Shown here: positions 28,543-37,166 of the stretch, piece by piece | How positions within the stretch are numbered: position 1 is the first letter of the stretch | How the letters are laid out: each line of letters starts with the position of its first letter | Source: an uncultured Actinomycetes bacterium | GTDB taxonomy: Bacteria; Actinomycetota; Acidimicrobiia; Acidimicrobiales; RAAP-2 | Assembly: GCA_903826715.1 (NCBI GenBank) | Contig: CAIKFN010000037.1 | Span: 1 to 41,832 of the forward strand | Direction: 5' to 3' | Length of the DNA stretch: 41,832 nt | Position numbers and translations under genes: made by a program | Notes under the pieces: generated by a model | What the model was told of the DNA's origin: nothing | Seen by the model: only the letters and a program-made list of their open reading frames with translations | Databases searched by the model: none

Positions 28543-29586
28543 ATGTCCGCATCAGATTCTTTAGCTACCCAAAGCAACAATGGGGAAGTCAAGATTAAGA
28601 AGAGTTCTACATCAAAAAATTACGCACGAATGGATTTACTTGAACGAGTCTGGCTTTTAATCGTCTGGGCCATAGTAATTGCTATCTTTGGTGGCCTTCG
28701 TCCACATACGTTTTTAACAGTTACGACATTTTCTGGGATGTTTGGCCTTAACTCGACGCTTGCAATTTTGGCTCTCGGACTAATTATCGTTCTACGAGTT
28801 GGTGAATTCGACTTATCGATTGCAGCAAACCTAGTGGTCTCCTCAGAAGTTATGGGAATTTTGAATGTCAACCACCATGTTTCGCTGCTCTTTTCTATGA
28901 TCATTGCGGTGCTTGTAGGTGGTGCAATAGGTGCGTTTAATGCTCTGATCATTTTAAAGTTGAGGATTGACTCGTTTATTGCAACTTTGGGTATGGGATC
29001 TGTTCTTTCTGGAATCGGATTATGGATTACAGGTGGAACTTCTCTGACTGGCCTTTCACAAGCGCTAGTAAACGATGTCGTAATTCGTCGCCTCTTTGGT
29101 ATCTCATACGAGTTCTATTATGCCCTGGTGCTCATGATGGTGCTTTGGTACATTTTCCGCTACACCGCAATTGGACGACGCCTCTTGTTCGTTGGAAAGA
29201 ACAGGGAAGTTGCTCGTCTTTCTGGAGTACGCGTATCTAGAATTCGTTTTGGTGCCTTCACCGTTGCAGGTATGTTTGGCGCCGTTGCGGGAATTGTTTA
29301 CTCTGGAACTTCAGGTACAACAAACCCTTCGGCTGGACTCGTTTATTTGCTCCCGGCATATGCCGCAGCCTTCTTGGGCGCAACATGCATTGACATTGGA
29401 GACTTCAATCCAATCGGAACTGTGTCTGCGGTTTTCTTCTTGGTTACCGGTGTTCAGGGTCTGGCAATGCTTGGAGTCGGAAACTTCGTCCAGGACATTT
29501 TCTATGGTGTTGCACTGATTCTCTCTGTTGCGGGATCTCAGTACTTGGCGCGCTCAAAGGCACGCCGAGTTATTTCCACTGAATAA
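28543..29586 (+). CDS. Sugar ABC transporter permease (RbsC type)
   Basis: GEFDLSI, SFIATLG, GRRL..VG.N.E.ARLSGV and YLLPAYAAAFLG. Confidence 0.9.
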   Translation: MSASDSLATQSNNGEVKIKKSSTSKNYARMDLLERVWLLIVWAIVIAIFGGLRPHTFLTVTTFSGMFGLNSTLAILALGLIIVLRVGEFDLSIAANLVVSSEVMGILNVNHHVSLLFSMIIAVLVGGAIGAFNALIILKLRIDSFIATLGMGSVLSGIGLWITGGTSLTGLSQALVNDVVIRRLFGISYEFYYALVLMMVLWYIFRYTAIGRRLLFVGKNREVARLSGVRVSRIRFGAFTVAGMFGAVAGIVYSGTSGTTNPSAGLVYLLPAYAAAFLGATCIDIGDFNPIGTVSAVFFLVTGVQGLAMLGVGNFVQDIFYGVALILSVAGSQYLARSKARRVISTE

Positions 29587-29618
29587 CCACAGTTCGCTGT
29601 AGGAGCTGTTGTTCCTAG

Positions 29619-30386
29619 TTAAATAACTGGTGAGAGACCACCATCGACACTTATTCCAACTCCAGTGATGTAACTGGCGCGAGGAGATAACAAGTATGTT
29701 GCAATGTCTGCAAATTCTTCTGAGCGGCCATAGCGTCCAAGGGGAATAGGTAGCTTCTCCGCTGCTTTTATGTAGTAGTCCTGTTCTGAAATTCCTTCAG
29801 CTTCAGCCCTTCTAGCCCACTGTCCTGAGGCGACAAAACCAACCAGAAGTGCGTTTACTCGTATGCCCTTTGGACCGAGTTCGTTAGCAAGTGTCTTGGT
29901 AAGGGTAAGTCCCGCTGCTCTTGTTGCCGAAGTTGGTGTGGAGCCGGCTCCAGGAGCCCTAGCGCTATTTGAGAGCGTGTTAATAATTGCACCATTGGAC
30001 TTCTCAAGGTGTGGTGTGGCGTAGCGAATTGCTCGAACCGTTGAGAGAATCTTCAAGTCGAAGTCATCTTGCCAGTCGGCATCGGTTGAATCTGCAAGTC
30101 GGATAGAACTTGCTCGACCGGCATTATTAACTAGGCCGTTAATTCGCCCAAATTTGCTGATGCTCTCGTCAATGAATGCTTCAATGTCTGGATTCTTAGT
30201 TACGTCTGCTTTAAAACACAGTGAGTTCTCACCAAGTAATCGTCGCGCATTTTCGAGACGCCCTTCATCTCTTCCACAAACAGCAACTTTCGCTCCTTCG
30301 TCAATCAAATTTTTGGCGAGCGCCAAGCCAATACCGTCTGTGCCGCCAGTAATAAGTATGCAGTGGTTAGTTAATTGAAGGTCCAT
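29619..30386 (-). CDS. Short-chain dehydrogenase/reductase
   Basis: TGGTDGIG, LVNNAG, LANELGP.GIRVN, IPLGR.G..EE and VDGG. YxxxK is replaced by TSATR (atypical subgroup). Confidence 0.88.
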   Translation of the reverse strand: MDLQLTNHCILITGGTDGIGLALAKNLIDEGAKVAVCGRDEGRLENARRLLGENSLCFKADVTKNPDIEAFIDESISKFGRINGLVNNAGRASSIRLADSTDADWQDDFDLKILSTVRAIRYATPHLEKSNGAIINTLSNSARAPGAGSTPTSATRAAGLTLTKTLANELGPKGIRVNALLVGFVASGQWARRAEAEGISEQDYYIKAAEKLPIPLGRYGRSEEFADIATYLLSPRASYITGVGISVDGGLSPVI

Positions 30387-30431
30387 GTATTTAGTCTATT
30401 GAGTATCCCGTCCATCACATAGAATTTTGAT
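30387..30431. promoter_or_regulatory. Back-to-back -10 elements for two divergent leaderless genes
   Basis: Minus-strand TAGACT (30393-30398) lies 6 nt before ATG 30386. Plus-strand TAGAAT (30420-30425) lies 6 nt before ATG 30432. Neither side has an SD. Confidence 0.55.
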
Positions 30432-31457
30432 ATGAGCGACTCTGGGTCTGCTGGTTCAGTAGTCAAGCGACACGCAGTAGTTGCAATGGATAAATTCCGC
30501 GGAAGCGCTGATGCCATGCAGATGAATGAAGCGGTGGCCAGAGGGCTTGAATCTTGTGGTTGGCTCGTAACCACAAGGCTCATTTCTGACGGTGGCGAGG
30601 GTTTTCGCAATTGCTTTGAAGGTGATGTTGTTTCAATAATGGCTCCTGACGCTTATGGAACCATGCACCCAGTACCGATAACTATCAGTCTGATAAATGA
30701 AAAACGTGTAGCTGTACTAGAGGCTGCTGAAATTGTTGGCTATACAAAGTTGGCACCAACATCCCGCGAAGCTATTGAAGCATCAAGCAGTGGTGTAGGC
30801 ATTGCGTTACTTGAAGCAGAGAAACTTAGTATTAGTTCTGTATTAATTGGTCTCGGCGGATCATCCACTTCTGATGGTGGTCGCGGCTGCTTTGAAATTC
30901 TTCAAGGCAAAAAACTCTCCTTTGACATTGTTGTGGCTACAGACATTCGAGCTAGTTTTTCTGGCGCGATTAAGTATGCCAAACAGAAAGGTGTCGCCGA
31001 AGACGACCTTTGGATAATTGAGGATCGACTGAGCCAACTTTCAAAGTTCTATTCAGACGAATGTAAGGTCGATGTTGAATTCATTGAAGGAACAGGAGCC
31101 GCTGGGGGCATTGGTGGGGCACTCGCTGCTCTGGGTGCAGAACTTCGAGATGGATACGTAATCGTTACTGAAGCAACTGGGCTCGACTCTCTGGTTCAAA
31201 GTGCTGGATTAGTGGTAACTGGCGAGGGTCGGTTTGATTTTGGAAGCCTTGAGGGCAAGGTTGTTTCTGGAATTTGCTCCAGTAGCAATACGACGCCAGT
31301 TGTAGTCCTTTGTGGAGAATATGATGATGAGGCCGTAAAGTTGTTTTCACTCAAATATCCAAAAGCAAGAATCGTTAGTTTCACTGAGCGATTTGGGATA
31401 GAGCAATCTTTGAATTTCCCTGCACTTTGCGCAGAGGAAATCGTTAAGGAACTCTAG
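30432..31457 (+). CDS. Glycerate kinase (GlxK/GarK family)
   Basis: DKFRGS, SDGGEG, GLGGSSTSDGG, QKG, GAAGG.GG, VTGEG.FD..S..GK. Confidence 0.88.
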   Translation: MSDSGSAGSVVKRHAVVAMDKFRGSADAMQMNEAVARGLESCGWLVTTRLISDGGEGFRNCFEGDVVSIMAPDAYGTMHPVPITISLINEKRVAVLEAAEIVGYTKLAPTSREAIEASSSGVGIALLEAEKLSISSVLIGLGGSSTSDGGRGCFEILQGKKLSFDIVVATDIRASFSGAIKYAKQKGVAEDDLWIIEDRLSQLSKFYSDECKVDVEFIEGTGAAGGIGGALAALGAELRDGYVIVTEATGLDSLVQSAGLVVTGEGRFDFGSLEGKVVSGICSSSNTTPVVVLCGEYDDEAVKLFSLKYPKARIVSFTERFGIEQSLNFPALCAEEIVKEL

Positions 31458-31520
31458 TAATAATAAAGAAGTCTCGGATATGTCGGATAGGGTGATATAA
31501 AGATTAACAAAGAGGTTTTA

Positions 31521-32801
31521 GTGAAAAAACGTGCGACCTTTGCAATACTGGTGCTCAGTATTGTTTCTGCAATTCTTCCTGTCGCAACTGCGACAAGTGC
31601 AACGCATCCAGTCGCGAACACTTCGTGTGTCACAAAAGGTCAATCTGTTGTGTACGCAAGTAAGAAATTCACATGCGTTATATCGAATAAAAAACTTGTT
31701 TGGAGTACAGGTGTAAAAGTTAGTGTGTTGCCTGTAACAAGCACAACCGAACAAAGTCCTGGCTCTACAACCACAATTGTTAATCAGGCGACTGTTTATA
31801 CGGCAGCGATGACCAAGCCACATCAACCCGTTGGTCAAAATGGGGGCAAGGATGATTATCGATGTTTCCTAATTGATCCTAAGATTCCAATTGATTCTTA
31901 CGTCACTTCAGTCCAGTTTGTACCTCAGCAGCGCCAGTTAGTTCATCACGCATTATTTTGGACAGTTGCAGCTAGTTCACTAGCTGCGGCTAAAAAGCTC
32001 GACGACAATGGCAATGGCTGGTCTTGCTTTGGAGGGGTGACTTCAGACTCTTCAACCGCAGATATCGCTTCAACGCTGGCTGGCTGGGCACCCGGGCGCC
32101 CTGTTGATGTCTGGCCTGCAGGGTATGGAACGAAAATAAATGCAGGCGATGAGATTGTGATGCAGGTGCATTACAACTTGCTTGCAGCGCTAGGTGGCAC
32201 AGTTCCAGCAGATCAATCGAAGGTTCTCATAACGGCTGTTCCTGCTTCGCTGAATTCCCTGCAGCCGTTGTATGGTGAGGCGTTCGCTGCACCTGTGGAG
32301 CTGGCGTGCCCATCGGGCGTTACCGGAAATCTCTGTGACAGAACAAAGGCACTAGCGGACCTTGCTGCTCGAACCAGCCTTAAGGCTTCATACGTTGAAT
32401 CAGGTCTGCTACTTCTCTGTGGCAAGGATCCATTTAATCCAGTTGCCAGCTTGGTTTCAACCTGTTACAAAAGAATTACTGTCAATGAGACAGCAATTCA
32501 GGCTGGAGCGCACATGCATTTAACTGGAACGCGTCTTCAGCTGATTCTTAATCCAGGAACTGGGAGTCAACAGACGCTGCTTGACAGCAACCCTTATGAC
32601 TTTGATAATCAAGCACCAGTTACTTTGCCAAAGCCAGTAGTGCTTAAGCCTGGCGACATTGTGGAAATTATTTGCAACTATAACCCGGGGCTCCATCTAC
32701 TTATTCCACAACTTCAGCAATTGCCGTGGCGATACGTCACGTGGGGCGATGGTTCCTCAGACGAGATGTGCCTCGGATCACTGAGGGTAACTCGACCGTA
32801 G
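31521..32801 (+). CDS. Secreted copper type II ascorbate-dependent monooxygenase-like protein (PHM/DBH family)
   Basis: Signal peptide, then DDYRCF, VHHAL, WAPG, QVHYN, AHMHLTG, YDFDNQ and DEMC. SD AGAGG. Confidence 0.8.
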   Translation: MKKRATFAILVLSIVSAILPVATATSATHPVANTSCVTKGQSVVYASKKFTCVISNKKLVWSTGVKVSVLPVTSTTEQSPGSTTTIVNQATVYTAAMTKPHQPVGQNGGKDDYRCFLIDPKIPIDSYVTSVQFVPQQRQLVHHALFWTVAASSLAAAKKLDDNGNGWSCFGGVTSDSSTADIASTLAGWAPGRPVDVWPAGYGTKINAGDEIVMQVHYNLLAALGGTVPADQSKVLITAVPASLNSLQPLYGEAFAAPVELACPSGVTGNLCDRTKALADLAARTSLKASYVESGLLLLCGKDPFNPVASLVSTCYKRITVNETAIQAGAHMHLTGTRLQLILNPGTGSQQTLLDSNPYDFDNQAPVTLPKPVVLKPGDIVEIICNYNPGLHLLIPQLQQLPWRYVTWGDGSSDEMCLGSLRVTRP

Positions 32802-33043
32802 CGTCACGGATTCTTTTCATAAAGATAAGGTTTAGTCGTGTCATATAGATGTAGTTACTGCCAAAAACGTCACAGTACTGTGAATGAAGGTCGGGCGTGT
32901 AAGTGGCACTTTCACGAGCAATCAAGGGTTTTGCACCTCCCACTTCAGTTTCAAAAAAATGAGGGTCGGGCTAAAAAATAAGCCCCACTCGTTCTTCACA
33001 GTTCTGGCGACTTCAGTTAAGAATTGCTTTGTAGGATAATCAG

Positions 33044-33796
33044 ATGAGCCACTTAACCCCTGAACAACGTGAGCACTACTTAGTTAACGGATGGCTGCTG
33101 TGTGATGACGTGCTCCCTATCAGTGTTGGTGAGCTCCAGGCTGAAGTGGAGCGTGTTGCTTCACTAAGCGATTCAGAGATTCTTCACCATCATGAGATGA
33201 CTGACTTTGGCGCAAAACTGGCACGAACTGAAAACTTCGTTCCGTTCTCCCCAGTCCTTGATTATCTATTGCAATCAAGCAAAGTTGCAGAAATCGCCGG
33301 AGAGCTACTTGGTGAAGAGGCATATCTCTACAAAGAAAAAGTTAATTACAAGCTTGTCGGTGGAGCTGGATTTCGCCCTCACCAAGACAAGCCCGCATAT
33401 CCATTTGTTGACCAAGTCCTTTCAGTAATGATTGCGGTCGATGACTCAACGCTTGAGAATGGTTGCCTCGATGTTGTTAGTGCACGTCACCAAGTTCAGC
33501 TCGATCAAGATGAGCGCGGGTGCCTGACCACAAAAGTTGTTGATGCAATGGACTGGCAACCAATGCCACTACGTGCTGGTCAAACATTATTTTTTCATGC
33601 ACTAACACCACACCGCAGTGGCCCTAATAATTCGACGCGAGACCGCCGGGCACTCTATCCAACCTACAACGGTGCCAGTGAGGGACGCCTACGTGAGAAG
33701 TATTACGAAGCAAAGATCAAGGCATTTCAAAGCCCAAGCGACTTTGATGGTGTGCGTCTCTCACTCATTGGAGACTTCGAAGGAAAACCTGTATGA
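33044..33796 (+). CDS. phnY: Fe(II)/2-oxoglutarate dioxygenase, PhyH family, PhnY-like phosphonate hydroxylase
   Basis: KEKVNYK..GG.GF.PHQD (HxD), ENGCL, PHRSGPN and RRALY.TYN. It is coupled (ATGA overlap) to a PhnZ-type HD gene. Confidence 0.75.
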   Translation: MSHLTPEQREHYLVNGWLLCDDVLPISVGELQAEVERVASLSDSEILHHHEMTDFGAKLARTENFVPFSPVLDYLLQSSKVAEIAGELLGEEAYLYKEKVNYKLVGGAGFRPHQDKPAYPFVDQVLSVMIAVDDSTLENGCLDVVSARHQVQLDQDERGCLTTKVVDAMDWQPMPLRAGQTLFFHALTPHRSGPNNSTRDRRALYPTYNGASEGRLREKYYEAKIKAFQSPSDFDGVRLSLIGDFEGKPV

Positions 33797-34350
33797 CAAC
33801 AATTAACTCAATTGATGACATCTTCTCACTGTATGAATCAAAAGGCAACGAAGCGTATGGTGAAAGAGTGACGTCACTCGAGCACTCATTGCAGTGTGCC
33901 CACCTAGCGCAAAAAGCAGGTGCCGATGATGAACTCGTCATTGCATCATTGCTGCACGATATTGGTCACTTGGCTGCCGACGTGCAGGGAAATGAGCGAT
34001 TTGACATGGAAGTTGACGATGACGACCATGAAGCTGTCGGTGCGAGGTTGCTTTCCCCACTTTTTGGACCAAAGGTTTCACAGCCTGTATCGCTGCATGT
34101 GACTGCCAAGCGCTGGCGATGCACTGTGGAGCCTTCGTATCACGACGAACTAAGTGACACCTCAAAAGCCACACTCAAGGCCCAAGGGGGACTGATGAGT
34201 GACGAGGAATGTCGTCGTTTCGAACAGCATCCAGGGTTTCAGCGTGCACTTGATCTTCGTAGCTGGGACGACCTTGCAAAGGAAATGGAAGTGGACTGCC
34301 CATCTCTTGAGTCGTATCGCGATTTGATGATTCGCTTAGTTCGATCATGA
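33793..34350 (+). CDS. phnZ: HD-domain di-iron oxygenase, PhnZ-like C-P bond cleaving enzyme
   Basis: YGE.V...EH, LLHDIGH, HE..G, HV.AKR, LS..S..TL..QGG and R.WDD.AK match the PhnZ pattern as I recall it. Confidence 0.8.
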   Translation: MTTINSIDDIFSLYESKGNEAYGERVTSLEHSLQCAHLAQKAGADDELVIASLLHDIGHLAADVQGNERFDMEVDDDDHEAVGARLLSPLFGPKVSQPVSLHVTAKRWRCTVEPSYHDELSDTSKATLKAQGGLMSDEECRRFEQHPGFQRALDLRSWDDLAKEMEVDCPSLESYRDLMIRLVRS

Positions 34351-35792
34351 ACGTCTTATTCATAACCCTCGATCAGTTTCGTGCAGATTCAATGGGCTGT
34401 GCCGGTCACCCGCTTGTAAAGACTCCGAATCTCGACAGGTTGGCTCGAGAGGGCGTGCGACTTGCGAAGCACTATTCACAGTCAGCTCCATGCTCTCCTG
34501 GTCGTGCTGCGCTCTACACCGGCACGTATCAAATGAATAATCGTGTTGTGGCCAATGGGACACCATTATCAAACAGTTTTGACAATGTGGCAAAGCTTGC
34601 ACGTCTCGCTGGATACAACCCAACGTTGTTTGGCTACACCGATCAGGCGATTGATCCATGGTCGGCAAGTGGCAAAGATGACGAGCGACTACTTCACTAC
34701 AGCGGAGTGCTTGACGGCTTCTCTGTTGGTTGCCAACTTCCTGACAATCAGGGTCCATGGGTTGCCTATTTACGAGAAAATGGCTACGACGTAGTTGACA
34801 ATGGTATTGAAGTACTCCGAGATGAGTCATCACGACCGGTGGAGATGTCACTTAGTACATTTCTGACCAACGAATTTATTGACTGGCTTAAGACGCAGGA
34901 TTCTTCCTGGTTTACGCACCTCAGTTACCTGCGCCCACATCCGCCCTATAACGCTGCAGGAACATTTTCAACAATGTATGACCCTGACAATGTTCCTTCG
35001 CACATTGAGCCAGTCCCTTACGAAGAACGTCACTACATCCATAAGGGTGGCTCAAAGAATCCTGCGAGCAGTGCACCGAGTGAAATGGTCAGAGACATGC
35101 GCGCGCAGTATTACGGCATGATTAGTGAAGTTGACGAACAACTCGGCCGAGTATTTGCTGCAATTGAAGAGCGAGGTGAGTGGAATGAAACCATCATCAT
35201 TGTCACCGCCGACCATGGAGACCAGTTAGGTGACCATGGTCTGAAAGAAAAACTTGGATTCTTCCCTCAGAGCTACAACATCCTCGGGCTCTGGCGTGAC
35301 CCAAAGTTCCCAGGTCGTGGTGGGCGTATCGTAGAAAAATTCACAGAGAATGTGGATATCATGCCAACTCTCGCCGAAGCACTCGGGGTAGAAGTTCCTG
35401 CCCAGTGCGATGGGCGAGTGATGAAGCCTCTACTTGACGGTGAAGATGTCCCGTGGCGTGAAAGTGCCCATTATGAATGGGACTACCGTGCATTCTTCAT
35501 CCCTAATGCTCAGACTCCTTGGCCCTTCGACCGTGCACTTTCGAAGATGAATCTGGCTACAACGTTGACTGAAGAATGGGCCTACGTTCATTTCGCTGAC
35601 GGCACCGCATTGTTATTCGATCTTGTTAAGGATCCAACATGGCGAACAACGAGTGATGATGCATCACTGCTCTACAAAGGAGCGAATGAACAGTTGCAAT
35701 GGCGCCAAGAACACACTCGCCGTGAAATGACGGACATGCTTGTGGAACCTGGTCGACCTGGTCGTTGGCCTGAGGTTCCACAACTTGCCTAA
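34347..35792 (+). CDS. Phosphonate monoester hydrolase/phosphodiesterase (formylglycine-dependent, alkaline phosphatase superfamily)
   Basis: DQFRAD, KTPNLDRL, CSPGR (CxPxR), GY.P.LFGYT...DP, RPHPP, DHG.QLGDH....K.G, WR...HYEWDYR and YVHF match the PMH subfamily pattern. ATGA overlap with phnZ. Confidence 0.75.
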   Translation: MNVLFITLDQFRADSMGCAGHPLVKTPNLDRLAREGVRLAKHYSQSAPCSPGRAALYTGTYQMNNRVVANGTPLSNSFDNVAKLARLAGYNPTLFGYTDQAIDPWSASGKDDERLLHYSGVLDGFSVGCQLPDNQGPWVAYLRENGYDVVDNGIEVLRDESSRPVEMSLSTFLTNEFIDWLKTQDSSWFTHLSYLRPHPPYNAAGTFSTMYDPDNVPSHIEPVPYEERHYIHKGGSKNPASSAPSEMVRDMRAQYYGMISEVDEQLGRVFAAIEERGEWNETIIIVTADHGDQLGDHGLKEKLGFFPQSYNILGLWRDPKFPGRGGRIVEKFTENVDIMPTLAEALGVEVPAQCDGRVMKPLLDGEDVPWRESAHYEWDYRAFFIPNAQTPWPFDRALSKMNLATTLTEEWAYVHFADGTALLFDLVKDPTWRTTSDDASLLYKGANEQLQWRQEHTRREMTDMLVEPGRPGRWPEVPQLA

Positions 35793-35857
35793 TGACCTTA
35801 AATTTATTTTTAAGTAGTTATTCATTCAGTCGAAGTAAATTTAAGTTTTTCTCAATC

Positions 35858-35911
35858 GTCACCCAGACTCGTCATTGATGTCACCCTTTATTCACTTTGG
35901 ATTCGTACTCT
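35858..35911 (+). promoter_or_regulatory. PHO-box-like 11-nt direct repeats and -10 element
   Basis: GTCACCC (35858), GTCACCC (35880), TTCACTT (35891) and TTCGTAC (35902), spaced 22/11/11 nt. TACTCT at 35906-35911. Confidence 0.55.
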
Positions 35912-35954
35912 CACTGTGAGCAAACAACCTGTTTGTTCACATAGGAGGAAGTAC

Positions 35955-37088
35955 GTGTTCGTTAAAAAACTTAAAGTAGTTATTGCCACTGGAATGCTGG
36001 CAAGCACACTTGCTGGGGTTGCCCTCACCAGTGGTGTCGCAAGCGCCTCATCTAAGTGGGCAATGTGCGCATCAGCAGCGTCATGTGGTGGTCAAGATGC
36101 ACTTGTAGCCGCTGCAAAGGCTGAAGGCAGCCTTAACGTAATTACAATCCCGCTCAAGGGATGGGCAAATTACGGCACCATCATGAAGGACTTCACAAAG
36201 AAGTACGGCATCAAGATCAATGACGCCAACCCAGAAGGCTCAAGTGCAAACGAAATTACCGCCATCGCACAGGGCAAGGGCCGTTCATCAGCTCCTGACG
36301 TTGTGGACGTTGGAACAAGCTACGCACTCAACAATCCAAAAGACTGGTCTCCATACAAGGTCGCAACATGGAATCAAATTCCAGCTGCAGCAAAAGATGC
36401 AAATGGCAACTGGTTTGACGACTACGGCGGCTACGTTGCGATTGGCTGTAACACAGCAAAGGTAACAAAGTGCCCAACATCACTCGCTCAACTCTCTGAC
36501 CCAATGTACAAGGGTAAGGTTGGAATTAACGGAGACCCAACACAGGCCTCTGCGGCATTTGGTGCTGTTATGGCTGCTGCACTTGCAAATGGTGGCTCTT
36601 ACTCAAACATCAAGCCTGGTGTGGACTTCTTTGCGAAGTTGAACAAGATTGGTAACTACGTTCCAGGCGGATCACCAGCAACTGCTGTGTCGGGTGCAAC
36701 ACCAATTCTTATTTGGTGGGATTACCTAAACACTCAGATCACTTCAACATTGAAGACCTGGAAGGTTGTTATTCCAACTGACGCTTCATACGCTGCCTAC
36801 TACACCCAAGCAATTACCTACGACGCACCACACCCAGCAGCTGCTCGTCTTTGGGAAGAATACCTCTACTCAACTGAAGGTCAGAACTTGTTCCTTCAAG
36901 GTCAAGCTCGTCCAATTGAACTAGCCGCAATGACTAAAAATGGAACTGTTAACAAGACGTACCTCGCTGGGCTCCCAGCAGCACCTGCAGGTGCTTTGAC
37001 ACTTCCATCGCTAAGTCAGCTCACCAATGCTGCTGCAGTTGTGTTAAAGAACTGGGCAACTGAAGTTTCATCAGGATCAGCCGGATAA
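35955..37088 (+). CDS. ABC transporter substrate-binding protein (PotD/AfuA-like family)
   Basis: Signal peptide, LVAAAKAEGSLNVI..P..WANYG, APDVVDVG, GDP, WWDY and APHPAAARLW.EYL. SD AGGAGG before GTG 35955. Confidence 0.88.
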   Translation: MFVKKLKVVIATGMLASTLAGVALTSGVASASSKWAMCASAASCGGQDALVAAAKAEGSLNVITIPLKGWANYGTIMKDFTKKYGIKINDANPEGSSANEITAIAQGKGRSSAPDVVDVGTSYALNNPKDWSPYKVATWNQIPAAAKDANGNWFDDYGGYVAIGCNTAKVTKCPTSLAQLSDPMYKGKVGINGDPTQASAAFGAVMAAALANGGSYSNIKPGVDFFAKLNKIGNYVPGGSPATAVSGATPILIWWDYLNTQITSTLKTWKVVIPTDASYAAYYTQAITYDAPHPAAARLWEEYLYSTEGQNLFLQGQARPIELAAMTKNGTVNKTYLAGLPAAPAGALTLPSLSQLTNAAAVVLKNWATEVSSGSAG

Positions 37089-37108
37089 GTACGCGTTAAG
37101 CAAAGAAT

Positions 37109-37166
37109 CTGACACCATCATCTCTGAATTGAGTTCTCCCCGAATGATTGATGCTGGTGGTGTCGG
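37109..37166 (+). other. Intercistronic stem-loop after the SBP gene
   Basis: CTGACACCATCA (37109-37120) pairs with TGGTGGTGTCGG (37155-37166), including G-U pairs. This is the usual position for an mRNA-stabilising or attenuating stem in ABC operons. Confidence 0.45.

Noticed and set aside
32737-32943. 68-aa minus-strand ORF (and a ~51-aa plus-strand ORF) in the gap before phnY
   Set aside because: No recognisable motif and no convincing start signal; the minus ORF overlaps the monooxygenase 3' end.
33044-34350. TmpA/TmpB (trimethyl-AEP) assignment
   Set aside because: TmpA belongs to the gamma-butyrobetaine hydroxylase family, whereas this dioxygenase has PhyH/PhnY-type motifs. The exact phosphonate substrate remains open.
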